A DNA stretch of 64,000 nt, from NCBI RefSeq assembly GCF_013315695.1, contig NZ_CP054353.1, one strand, 5' to 3'. Made by a program: the position numbers and the translations under genes. Source of the stretch: Escherichia coli (GTDB lineage Bacteria > Pseudomonadota > Gammaproteobacteria > Enterobacterales > Enterobacteriaceae). The notes below the pieces were generated by a model. It ran no database searches. It worked only from the letters and a program-made list of their open reading frames with translations, and was not told where the DNA came from. Of this stretch, positions 42,482-51,504 are shown one piece after another. Within the stretch, counting starts at the first letter, position 1. Every line of letters starts with the position of its first letter.

Positions 42482-43464
42482 GTAAAGAGAAGCAAACAGT
42501 TAACGGGGATGTGGGTAACGTTGTCAGCGGTGATGTTACCATTCATAACTATTCTGCTGACATACTTCCTTCGGCCCAGCAACCAATTTCGTTGCTGCAA
42601 AAACGCGATTTACACAGATTGATGGATGAATTGGTTGATCTGGGGGAAAGTAAGCGCGAGCTATGGATGACGATCCACACGAAACTTAATACCAAAACAG
42701 TTAATGAAATGACTGCGGCTGATTATCATGGTGCGGTTGAGATCCTTCAGAGATATGCACAACAGATCCAGAATATGAAGGACTGTAATCTTCTGGTCAG
42801 CAAAATAATGGCGCTTACTGACCCTGGGTATCGTCTTGACCGTGACAGATACTGTCTGAAGCATTTCGGTACAACCCATCTTAAAGGCCTAGACAAAGAG
42901 CAGTTGCAGGCTGTGTTTGGTTATTTTGATGATCTGCTGAATATTCGTGATGAGAGTAAAACTCTATCACCTCCATCGGAAAGCGGTGCAAAATCAGTCG
43001 CAACTGTACCAACCAGAAGCCGGAAGCCTCATGTAGTAGTGTTGGGGGGAGTGTTAGTTCTTGTAGCAATATTTTTCGTGGGAATGATTGTGTTCGCTGG
43101 TAAATGGGGAAATGCCAAAGCAGTAGCTTCTACTGAAACCAGCGTTTTTAACATTAAAACCAACGATAAAATAATAGAAGATTCCATCCCCGCACTGCGC
43201 AGCATGTTTCCAGGGTTAAATAAGTACTCAGATGATTTCCATTCGGTTTCAAGCTACAAGCAAAAAACGGGCTGGCATACCCTTAAATTTACTGTATCAG
43301 CAAAGGCATCCGTCCCCGAAAATTATAGTGTTAAGGGCAAGGTTTGTTACATTAACATAAGCCCTGATGGTAGTTATGCTCGGGTTTTGACTGCTCCATG
43401 TCGTTCACTGCTACTTGATCAGCAAAGCACTCCTGACAGTAAATACCGTTTTATTCTTAAATAG
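42478..43464 (+). CDS. Hypothetical single-pass membrane protein (328 aa), translationally coupled to the repressor
   Basis: ATGA start/stop overlap with repressor; about 175-aa cytoplasmic N-domain, TM (VVVLGGVLVLVAIFFVGMIVFA), about 120-aa C-terminal domain; no recognisable family. Confidence 0.6.
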   Translation: MSKEKQTVNGDVGNVVSGDVTIHNYSADILPSAQQPISLLQKRDLHRLMDELVDLGESKRELWMTIHTKLNTKTVNEMTAADYHGAVEILQRYAQQIQNMKDCNLLVSKIMALTDPGYRLDRDRYCLKHFGTTHLKGLDKEQLQAVFGYFDDLLNIRDESKTLSPPSESGAKSVATVPTRSRKPHVVVLGGVLVLVAIFFVGMIVFAGKWGNAKAVASTETSVFNIKTNDKIIEDSIPALRSMFPGLNKYSDDFHSVSSYKQKTGWHTLKFTVSAKASVPENYSVKGKVCYINISPDGSYARVLTAPCRSLLLDQQSTPDSKYRFILK

Positions 43465-43545
43465 AAAATAACAGCTGAATTACCATGGGATCAGAAAAAA
43501 GACAAAGGCGGCATCATGCTGCGTTCTGAAATTTTAATGTAAAAG

Positions 43546-44136
43546 GTGATGAACATGGCAGGGATTCAGGTTATCGCAGGAAGTTTTCCTAAAGGGTGGG
43601 CAAGCATGGGGTTCGGTACCATCGTGTTTGCCAAAAAAACAAAACAAGGCTTTCCTGAAAATATTGTATTAAATCTGAAAGAAGAGCTTTTATCGATTGA
43701 ACTTGCGGATAGTGAAGAGGAAAGCCGTATAGGTAAGGCGGCAGGCGCAGGTTTGCTTGGTGGATTAATCTTTGGTGGTGCAGGGTTGGTCATTGGAGGT
43801 TTGCTTGGTGCGGCGGACAAGACGAAAAAAACTATCACTTTTAAGGCAATGTTTACGGGAAATAGGTTACTTCTGGCTAAAACAGATTCAAAAACTTTTG
43901 TAAAACTTCAGTCAATTGCTGCTGATAATGCCCATAACGCATCTGTAATCAACATGAAGCAAACTAATAGGGGCGATGTTTCTTCTCGTAAACAACTAAC
44001 AGAAAATCCACAGCAGCAAGACTTACCTGCGCCCGCTACAACAGTAAAAATGACTGCCAAAGATAAGTTAGAATCGGCTCTTGGGCTGGGAATCATCGTT
44101 ATAGCTGTTTGGGCAATAATACACTTCTTTTTTTAG
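43546..44136 (+). CDS. Hypothetical glycine-zipper membrane protein (196 aa)
   Basis: Central GxxxG-rich segment AAGAGLLGGLIFGGAGLVIGGLLGAA and C-terminal TM LGLGIIVIAVWAIIHFFF. Confidence 0.55.
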   Translation: MMNMAGIQVIAGSFPKGWASMGFGTIVFAKKTKQGFPENIVLNLKEELLSIELADSEEESRIGKAAGAGLLGGLIFGGAGLVIGGLLGAADKTKKTITFKAMFTGNRLLLAKTDSKTFVKLQSIAADNAHNASVINMKQTNRGDVSSRKQLTENPQQQDLPAPATTVKMTAKDKLESALGLGIIVIAVWAIIHFFF

Positions 44137-44173
44137 TGCAGCCCTTCAGGGCTGTTTCTGTTCAGGAGGTATC

Positions 44174-44650
44174 TTAAGGATTATCCGGGGCGTTTTCCTG
44201 TTTGCCGTACTTCGGAGACGAACAACATTCTGTTGGCTGACCGGTGAGTTTACGTAACTCCTTCATGAGCAGCTCCTGATCGTAAACTGTCATCAGTGCC
44301 GCAATGGTGGCATGCAGTGCATCGGGCAGTATCCAGGGTTGCCGGCCCGTGGGGCATATAACATCCAGCAGCTCATTCGTCCGACAGATACGCTCCTCGC
44401 CGTATGACAACAGGCCCTGTCCCGTGTATTCCTCTAGCCTGATCACTGTGCCACCCCGTGGCTTCTGCCAGGTCGTCAGATCTTCGCCATTCATACGGCG
44501 CTCATTCTCCACGTCAGCAGCATCGACAATGACGCTGTTTCCGAGTTCCTGTTTCACCATCTCTTCTATCCGCGCCAGTACGTAACTTTTACCGCTGCCC
44601 ACAGGACCGGACACAGTGACAGTGATGACCGGATTCAGTGTGTGCGTCAT
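44174..44650 (-). CDS. Small P-loop NTPase (158 aa), function unknown
   Basis: Walker A GPVGSGKS at residues 25-32, Walker-B-like VIVDAAD; convergent with the membrane protein genes. Confidence 0.55.
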   Translation of the reverse strand: MTHTLNPVITVTVSGPVGSGKSYVLARIEEMVKQELGNSVIVDAADVENERRMNGEDLTTWQKPRGGTVIRLEEYTGQGLLSYGEERICRTNELLDVICPTGRQPWILPDALHATIAALMTVYDQELLMKELRKLTGQPTECCSSPKYGKQENAPDNP

Positions 44651-44780
44651 ATCGTATTCTCCTCTGTGAATAATTCATCGTTTATCCTGCACATCCCGTA
44701 TCCCCGGCTCTCTTAACGCGCTTTAAAATCCTTCGCGCCCTGTATTTGTGATGCTGTCTCCACCAAACGAGGAGACACAC

Positions 44781-45131
44781 ATGAAAAACCTGAAAAAATT
44801 CATTCCCCCTGTTAAAAAACCTCGCCTCAGCGGCTGGCTGCTGACCTCAGTGCTGTTGCTGGGCACCATCGCTCTGGTCTCACCACAGCAGCTGCCTGTT
44901 GTGATCTACAAGCTGGCACTCATCACGCTGGCAGCAGTGCTGGGTTACTGGCTTGACCGTTCGCTCTTCCCCAAAGCCCGTCCCGGTCAGTACCTGAAAC
45001 ATGACGACAGGCTGATGGCTGAAGGGCGTTTCCCGGTACAGACCGGCCTTCACCTGGTGTTTTCTGCTGCGTTAATCCGCCGTGCACTGATTGTTGCAGC
45101 GGTCTGCCTGGCTGTTGCGATGGGGCTTTAA
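44781..45131 (+). CDS. Putative holin (3 TM segments)
   Basis: 116 aa from ATG 44781 (GAGGAG upstream); first gene of lysis cassette upstream of endolysin. Confidence 0.5.
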   Translation: MKNLKKFIPPVKKPRLSGWLLTSVLLLGTIALVSPQQLPVVIYKLALITLAAVLGYWLDRSLFPKARPGQYLKHDDRLMAEGRFPVQTGLHLVFSAALIRRALIVAAVCLAVAMGL

Positions 45132-45133
45132 TC

Positions 45134-45874
45134 ATGAACTGGCCGCAGATCACCTGGATTGTATGCATGTCCCTGAAACTGGCTTTCGAAGCCTTTCGGG
45201 TCTTCATCAGAACCGAACGCCTGTCAGTCCGCGCCGGGACCTTTCTGGTTCATATGGCATGGGTATTCTTTGTCGCAATGTTGCTCTGGTGTGGCGGCTT
45301 TTTCAGCCAGGCATGCGCAGCACAACCTCCGCAGGCTGCGCTGCAGTATCGCGATGATGTGATCCGTAATGCCCGGCTTGAATGGGGACTGTCTGCGCCG
45401 GTGGCCGATTTCGCCGCGCAACTGCATCAGGAAAGCGGCTGGCGACCTGATGCGATCTCGCCGGCTGGCGCTCAGGGACTGGCGCAGTTCATGCCTGCCA
45501 CTGCCGACTGGATAAGCCAGTTGATACCGATGCTGAGCAGTCGTGAGCCGTTTAATCCGGCATGGGCTATCCGGGCGCTGGTCAGCTATGACCGCTGGCT
45601 GTGGCAGCGTGTCAGCGCCGCCAGTGACTGCGAGCGTATGGCCATGACACTGTCGGGCTATAACGGTGGTCTGGGCTGGGTACAACGGGACAGGCGGCTT
45701 GCATCACAGAAAGGTCTGGACAGCACCCGCTGGTTCGGACATGTCGCCACGGTGAATGCCGGACGCAATGCGGCCAGCTGGCGGGAGAACCGCCATTATC
45801 CGCAGCGCATCCTGCGCGAACTGGCACCGCGATATCTCACATGGGGAGGCAGCAGTTGTGTGGCATCTGGTTAA
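45134..45874 (+). CDS. Endolysin, lytic transglycosylase (SLT domain) with N-terminal hydrophobic signal-anchor-release-like segment (start may be 45254)
   Basis: Catalytic region ...HQESGWRPDAISPAGAQGLAQFMPATA...; hydrophobic Gly-containing N-terminal stretch. Confidence 0.75.
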   Translation: MNWPQITWIVCMSLKLAFEAFRVFIRTERLSVRAGTFLVHMAWVFFVAMLLWCGGFFSQACAAQPPQAALQYRDDVIRNARLEWGLSAPVADFAAQLHQESGWRPDAISPAGAQGLAQFMPATADWISQLIPMLSSREPFNPAWAIRALVSYDRWLWQRVSAASDCERMAMTLSGYNGGLGWVQRDRRLASQKGLDSTRWFGHVATVNAGRNAASWRENRHYPQRILRELAPRYLTWGGSSCVASG

Positions 45875-46508
45875 AAAGCTGCCGTGGCGCGGCATTCTGC
45901 TGGCCATTCTTATCAATGCCTTTCTGGTCGGCCTGTATGCCATGGGATACAGAAGTGGTCATGACTCTGCAAAGCGTGACGGTGATACCGCGCTCAGTCA
46001 GTTGCAGTCAGCATTTGACGCGTACAAAACGGAGCAGGCAACGCTTGAGAATGCTGCGCTGCGGGCCTGGGCCAGACGGTATCAGGAGCAGGTGGCCGCC
46101 GGGCAGCGGGCTGAAGCCGGTTATCTTGAGCAGATTGCTCAACTGGAGAGCCGGAACAAACAACTACAGGGGCAAATTAACGATGTCACACAGCGCTGGA
46201 TTGATGAAAAAGGTAAGAGTCATCCCATTGAGTGCGTGTTTACTCGCGGTTTCGTGCGCCAGTACAACGCCGCACTCGGGTATGACAACGCATCTGTCGA
46301 CACCGGTCATTCAGACTCAGTTGCCGCCACTGGCACCCGCTCTGGCACAGCGACCGGGCAACCTGAAACCACTGACACCCGGTTACGCGATTCGGGTGTC
46401 TCCCAGCGTGACGTTCTCGCCAACATCATCGACAACGCAGGACAATGTCGTCGCTGGCGGAACCAGATAAACGCGTTACTGGATGAACGGGAAGGATTAC
46501 AGAAATGA
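45858..46508 (+). CDS. Inner-membrane spanin Rz-like (i-spanin)
   Basis: GTG start with GGAGG RBS; N-terminal TM then long coiled-coil; overlaps endolysin 3' end. Confidence 0.65.
   Translation: MWHLVKKLPWRGILLAILINAFLVGLYAMGYRSGHDSAKRDGDTALSQLQSAFDAYKTEQATLENAALRAWARRYQEQVAAGQRAEAGYLEQIAQLESRNKQLQGQINDVTQRWIDEKGKSHPIECVFTRGFVRQYNAALGYDNASVDTGHSDSVAATGTRSGTATGQPETTDTRLRDSGVSQRDVLANIIDNAGQCRRWRNQINALLDEREGLQK
46204..46470 (+). CDS. Outer-membrane lipoprotein spanin Rz1-like (o-spanin), embedded in the +1 frame of Rz
   Basis: MKKVRVIPLSAC... with lipobox LSAC, Pro-rich mature region. Confidence 0.6.
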   Translation: MKKVRVIPLSACLLAVSCASTTPHSGMTTHLSTPVIQTQLPPLAPALAQRPGNLKPLTPGYAIRVSPSVTFSPTSSTTQDNVVAGGTR

Positions 46509-46831
46509 CACTGCAGGTTGAATTCTGGACGGTGGTGAGTTTTTTGCTCACCTTCATGGGGTTTGTGGGAGGGCTCGCCAAATGGTTGTTCAGTAAAACA
46601 GAAGAACGCCAGGCGGCACGATTCGCCTCTCTTGAACAGGCCCTGCAACAGTCCGCATCCAACTGGGGCGAGCTGGAAAAAGAATTTATGCGATTTAAAG
46701 CGGATTTACCGCTGAATTATGTCCGTCGCGAGGATTATATCCGTGGCCAGACAGTCATCGAGGCCAAACTGGACGCGCTTTATAACAAACTGGAAGTGGT
46801 ACAGCAGTACCGCAATACCGGAGGTCAATAA
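46505..46831 (+). CDS. Small membrane-anchored protein (Mu gp25-like position)
   Basis: 108 aa; N-terminal TM then coiled-coil; between spanins and packaging genes. Confidence 0.45.
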   Translation: MTLQVEFWTVVSFLLTFMGFVGGLAKWLFSKTEERQAARFASLEQALQQSASNWGELEKEFMRFKADLPLNYVRREDYIRGQTVIEAKLDALYNKLEVVQQYRNTGGQ

Positions 46832-47142
46832 TGGTCGATATTACCCGGGTACGCCGCGAATCCCTGCGCTGGAGTCTGCTGGTTGCCCTGAACAAAACCC
46901 GCCCTTACACCGCCAGCGAAACGTTGCTGCTGGACGTGTCCCGCGCCATCTACCCGGACACCACGCAACTGGAGCTGCGCCGGGAGCTTGATTATCTGGC
47001 AGATCGCAAAATGGTGGAGCTGGAGAAGAGACCGTCCGGTGACTGGTTTGCCGATCTGAGTCGCCTTGGTGTGGATATTGTGGAATACACCGTGGAATGC
47101 GGCCCGGGTATTGCCCGACCGGAAAAATACTGGAGTGAGTGA
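46831..47142 (+). CDS. Hypothetical protein (Mu gp26-like position)
   Basis: 103 aa; operonic with ATGA overlaps. Confidence 0.45.
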   Translation: MVDITRVRRESLRWSLLVALNKTRPYTASETLLLDVSRAIYPDTTQLELRRELDYLADRKMVELEKRPSGDWFADLSRLGVDIVEYTVECGPGIARPEKYWSE

Positions 47143-47687
47143 TTATGGGACGTCGCAGCAGCATTGATTCTCTGCCGACGGATGTCCGCCGCTGGCTGGA
47201 GCGGGCGCTGACGGAGAATAATTTCACCGGCTATGCTGAACTTGAAAGTTTGTTAAAAGAGAGGGGATATGTGATAACCCGCTCCTCCCTGCAGCGGTTC
47301 GGCTACAAAATGGAGCAGCAACTGGCCCGTGTTCGTGCGGCAACTGAAGCAGCCAGGCTGATGGCTCGTGAAGCGGGGGATGATGCGGATGACCGTTCTG
47401 CGGGACTGATGACGTTGATCCAGACGGAGATGATCGACATCCTGATGCGTCTGCAACAAGTCAGTGACGAGAATGATCCGACTGATCGGGCGAAATTGCT
47501 GGCCACCGCTTCCCGCAATATTGCGACCCTGACCCGCGCCTCTGTCAATCTCAAGCGTTTTCAGAGTGAGGTCAAGGAAAAAGCAGAACTTGCAGCGAAT
47601 GCGGCCGAGAAAATTGCCCGTAAGGGCGGATTGTCAAGCGACGCAGTACAGGCACTTCGTCGCGAGATTCTGGGGATTGCCACATGA
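47139..47687 (+). CDS. Putative terminase small subunit (Mu gp27-like)
   Basis: 182 aa immediately upstream of large terminase; N-terminal HTH-like region. Confidence 0.55.
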   Translation: MIMGRRSSIDSLPTDVRRWLERALTENNFTGYAELESLLKERGYVITRSSLQRFGYKMEQQLARVRAATEAARLMAREAGDDADDRSAGLMTLIQTEMIDILMRLQQVSDENDPTDRAKLLATASRNIATLTRASVNLKRFQSEVKEKAELAANAAEKIARKGGLSSDAVQALRREILGIAT

Positions 47688-49207
47688 GCCAGTTCACGCC
47701 GGTAATACCAGACACTTCCGGTTATGATGCCCCTCCCGTTCTGTTGCCCTACCAGCAGCGCTGGGTGGCAGATGCCTCTCCGCTTAAGGTGATAGAAAAG
47801 AGCCGTCGTACCGGTATTACATGGGCTGAGGCATCCGATAACGTACTGACCGCCGCCTCTTCTGCGCCAGCAGGCGGGATGAATGTGTATTACATCGCTT
47901 ATAACCAGGACATGACCGTCGAATACATTCAGGCGTGTGCGATGTGGGCACGGGCATTCAACTATGCGGCCAGTGAAATTGAAGAAGGATTCTGGGAAGA
48001 GGACGACGACGACAAACACATCAAGACTTACACCATCAAATTTCCTGACTCCGGCTTTCGTATTGTTGCGCTCTCCAGCCGCCCGTCTAACCTGCGTGGC
48101 CGTCAGGGTATTATTGTTATCGACGAAGCGGCGTTCCATGAGCAACTGGACGAACTGCTGAAAGCGGCGCTGGCGATGCTTATCTGGGGGGGAAAGGTAC
48201 GCGTTATCTCCACCCATGACGGTGACGACAATCCGTTCAATACGCTTATCGGGGATATCCGTGCCGGACGTCAGGGAGGCAGCGTACATCGCATCACTTT
48301 CCGGGAAGCCGTATCTGAGGGGCTGTTCCGGCGCGTCTGTCTGCGCACCGGGAAGGAATGGTCAGAGGCATCCGAGCAGGCCTGGATGGCGTCGGTGTAC
48401 AAATTCTACGCTGCCGGCGCATCCGAAGAGCTTGACTGTATTCCGGTCAACGGTGGCGGCGCCTGGCTGTCCCGTGCCCTGATAGAGTCCCGCATGTCCG
48501 CTGATACGCCGGTATTGCGTCTGACCTGTCAGGAAGGTTATGAACTGCTGTCTGATGAGGTTCGCTTCCACGAGACACAGGACTGGCTTGATGAGCATCT
48601 GAAACCCTTGCTGGAGGCACTCCCCGCTGATGCCCGCTCTTTCCTGGGGCGCGACTTTGGCCGTAGCGGTGATTTGTCGGTGGACTATCCCCTGCTGCAG
48701 GAGAAGAACCTGGTACGACGCGTGCCATTCGTACTGGAGCTGCGTAACGTGCCGTTCAGACAGCAGGAGCAAATCACCTGGTATCTGATGGATGGCCTGC
48801 CCGGTCTACTGGGTGCAGCGTTTGATGCCCGTGGTAATGGTGCCTATCTGGCTGAATACGCCATGCAGCGCTACGGCTCCAGCCGGGTTCAGCAGGTGAT
48901 GCCAACTGAAGGCTGGTACCGGGAGCATATGCCTCCGGTCAAAGCTGCACTGGAAGACGGTAACCTGGTGGACTTACCAAAGGATGAAGACACACTGGAT
49001 GACCTGCGGGCCGTTCAGGTGGTGAACGGTGTCCCCCGCGTGCCGGAGCAACGCTCAAAAGCAAAGGCTGACGGTGGTAAACGCCACGGGGATTCAGCCA
49101 TCGCACTGGCGCTGGCGTATTTCGCCAGCCGTGAAATTAACAAAGGGCCGGTGAAGGCAAGCTCACGCCGTCGTCGTCAGGCGGCCCGTATGCTGGAGGG
49201 ATTCTGA
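47684..49207 (+). CDS. Terminase large subunit (Mu gp28-like)
   Basis: 507 aa; ATPase and nuclease regions; resembles Mu-family TerL. Confidence 0.85.
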   Translation: MSQFTPVIPDTSGYDAPPVLLPYQQRWVADASPLKVIEKSRRTGITWAEASDNVLTAASSAPAGGMNVYYIAYNQDMTVEYIQACAMWARAFNYAASEIEEGFWEEDDDDKHIKTYTIKFPDSGFRIVALSSRPSNLRGRQGIIVIDEAAFHEQLDELLKAALAMLIWGGKVRVISTHDGDDNPFNTLIGDIRAGRQGGSVHRITFREAVSEGLFRRVCLRTGKEWSEASEQAWMASVYKFYAAGASEELDCIPVNGGGAWLSRALIESRMSADTPVLRLTCQEGYELLSDEVRFHETQDWLDEHLKPLLEALPADARSFLGRDFGRSGDLSVDYPLLQEKNLVRRVPFVLELRNVPFRQQEQITWYLMDGLPGLLGAAFDARGNGAYLAEYAMQRYGSSRVQQVMPTEGWYREHMPPVKAALEDGNLVDLPKDEDTLDDLRAVQVVNGVPRVPEQRSKAKADGGKRHGDSAIALALAYFASREINKGPVKASSRRRRQAARMLEGF

Positions 49208-50700
49208 TGGCGAGGGGTATCTGGGTTTCACCCGATGAATTTGTTGCTTTTTCTGAGCCTCAGAAATCACTGACCGCGCAGATTGCCTCCCGCAGCCGCG
49301 CGATCGACTTTTACGGACTGGGCATGTATCTGCCCAATCCTGATCCCATTCTCAAGGCTCAGGGACGGGATATCCGTATCTACCGCGAACTGCGCACCGA
49401 CCCGCTGGTCGGGGGCTGTATCCGCAGACGTAAAGCAGCGCTCAAATCGCTGGAGCGTGGACTGGAGCGTGGTCACGCCTCTGCCCGGGTCTTCCGTTTC
49501 ATCCGCGACATGCTCGACGATCTGGATCTGTCCCGCATCATCGGTGAAATGAGCGATGCCGTGCTCTACGGGTATCAGCCCTGTGAAATCATGTGGGGCC
49601 GTTCGGTCAGGGCGTGGGCGGTGACGGATATTGTCGGCAAACCGCCTGAGTGGTTTCAGTTTGATACGGACAACTGCCTGCGCTTCCGGGCGCGTGATGC
49701 GGGTGTGGAGGGTGAGCTGCTGTCACCGTCAAAATTCGTGGTGCCGGCACAGGATGCCTCGTATGACAATCCTTACGGTTTCCCTGACCTGTCCATGTGC
49801 TTCTGGCCGGTCGCCTTCAAGAAAGGCGGGATGAAATTCTGGCTCCGCTTTGCCGAAAAGTTTGGCTCCCCGTGGGTGATCGGTAAGCACCCGAGGGGCG
49901 CAAATGATGCAGAGATTGAAAAACTGCTGGACTCCATGGAGCAGATGGTGGAGGACGCGGTGGCCGCCATCCCCGATGACAGCAGTATTGAGCTCAGGGC
50001 AGCGGATGGCAAGGCAGACAGCAGCGAGGTATTTCGCGAGCTGATCACACTGTCACGCAGTGAGATCTCCATTGCATTACTCGGTCAGAATCAGACCACG
50101 GAAGCGAACAGTAACAAGGCCTCTGCACAGGCCGGGCTGGAGGTAACGGCTGATATCCGCGATGCGGATGCGGACATCATTCAGGCGGCAGTGAATCAGG
50201 TCATCAGAACGGTGGTCACCCTGAACTTCGGCGATGTGCCGTGTCCGGTCTGGGCCATGTGGGAACAGGAGGCCATTGATGACACCCGCGCCACCCGCGA
50301 CGAAAAACTCACCCGCGCGGGACTGCGCCTGACCCCGCAGTACTTCATGCGGGAGTACCAGCTGCAGGAGGGGGATATTGACCTCTCTGATGCACCGGTT
50401 GCGGACGGGGCAGTGCCTGCGGAATTTGCCGAGGCGATAAGCGCCGATCATGATGCACAACAGCAGCTTGACGACGCGCTGGACATTCTGATGAACGGAG
50501 GTGTGTTAAATGGCACGCTGGAACCCGTCCTGGCACCTCTGTTTAAGCGGGTCGAAAATGGGGTTAACCCGTCTGAGCTGCTGGGCGAACTGGCGGAGCT
50601 CTACCCTCAGATGAACACGGACGATCTGCAGGAACGGTTGGCCCGCATTCTCTTTGTGGCAAATATCTGGGGGCGTCTGCATGAGCGTGACAACGGCTGA
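49207..50700 (+). CDS. Portal protein (Mu gp29 family, DUF935)
   Basis: 497 aa; position and similarity. Confidence 0.85.
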   Translation: MARGIWVSPDEFVAFSEPQKSLTAQIASRSRAIDFYGLGMYLPNPDPILKAQGRDIRIYRELRTDPLVGGCIRRRKAALKSLERGLERGHASARVFRFIRDMLDDLDLSRIIGEMSDAVLYGYQPCEIMWGRSVRAWAVTDIVGKPPEWFQFDTDNCLRFRARDAGVEGELLSPSKFVVPAQDASYDNPYGFPDLSMCFWPVAFKKGGMKFWLRFAEKFGSPWVIGKHPRGANDAEIEKLLDSMEQMVEDAVAAIPDDSSIELRAADGKADSSEVFRELITLSRSEISIALLGQNQTTEANSNKASAQAGLEVTADIRDADADIIQAAVNQVIRTVVTLNFGDVPCPVWAMWEQEAIDDTRATRDEKLTRAGLRLTPQYFMREYQLQEGDIDLSDAPVADGAVPAEFAEAISADHDAQQQLDDALDILMNGGVLNGTLEPVLAPLFKRVENGVNPSELLGELAELYPQMNTDDLQERLARILFVANIWGRLHERDNG

Positions 50701-51502
50701 ACTGGCGTACTGCATGACGCTTCCCCCGAAGCGGGCAGTCAGTTACCTGAAGTCCAAAGGGTATCAGATTACCTGGGACTGGGAAGAAATGTGGCAGGAG
50801 GCCCATGCCCGCGCCTTTACCGTTGCTAAAGTGACCCGCCTGGATATCCTGGAAGATATTCGCGGGGCACTGCAGCAGGCTGTCGATGAAGGAAAAACCG
50901 ATCGCTGGTTCCGGCAGGAGCTGGAGCCGGTGCTGAAGCGTAAGGGATGGTGGGGACCACGTGACACGACTGACCCGGTAACGGGTAAGCCGGTCACCAT
51001 TCAGCAGGGCAGTCCGTGGCGGCTCGATACCATCTTTCGCACCAATATGTCCGTACTCTACAGCGCCGGTCGTTGGGCGGAACAGATGGAAAACGTCGAC
51101 GACAGGCCGTACTGGATGTATACCGGCATCAACGACAGCCATACCCGCAGGAGCCATCTGGCGCTGCATGGTCTGGTGCTGCGCTGGGATGACCCGTTCT
51201 GGCAGGCATTTTACCCGCCGAACGGCTGGCGCTGCCGCTGTAGTGTGATTGCCCTGAGTGCGGCGGATGTACGTGCCCGTGGCCTGAAGGTTATCAGCTC
51301 CGGCTCTGCCATGGGCCAGGAACTGAAACTGGTCTCAGAGAAAACCGGCGAAATGCGGAACGTGGCCACCTTTAATACCGGCACCACGAAGGTGACCACC
51401 GACGTCGGCTGGTCTTATGCACCGGGGGCAGCATACCGTCCCGACCTGGCCCGCTATCAGGGTACGCTTCAGCCACTGGCACAACAGGAACTGAGAGGAT
51501 AA
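50681..51502 (+). CDS. Head morphogenesis protein (Mu F / SPP1 gp7 family)
   Basis: 273 aa; conserved ...WMYTGINDSHTRRSH...GW.CRC... region. Confidence 0.8.
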   Translation: MSVTTAELAYCMTLPPKRAVSYLKSKGYQITWDWEEMWQEAHARAFTVAKVTRLDILEDIRGALQQAVDEGKTDRWFRQELEPVLKRKGWWGPRDTTDPVTGKPVTIQQGSPWRLDTIFRTNMSVLYSAGRWAEQMENVDDRPYWMYTGINDSHTRRSHLALHGLVLRWDDPFWQAFYPPNGWRCRCSVIALSAADVRARGLKVISSGSAMGQELKLVSEKTGEMRNVATFNTGTTKVTTDVGWSYAPGAAYRPDLARYQGTLQPLAQQELRG

Positions 51503-51504
51503 CA

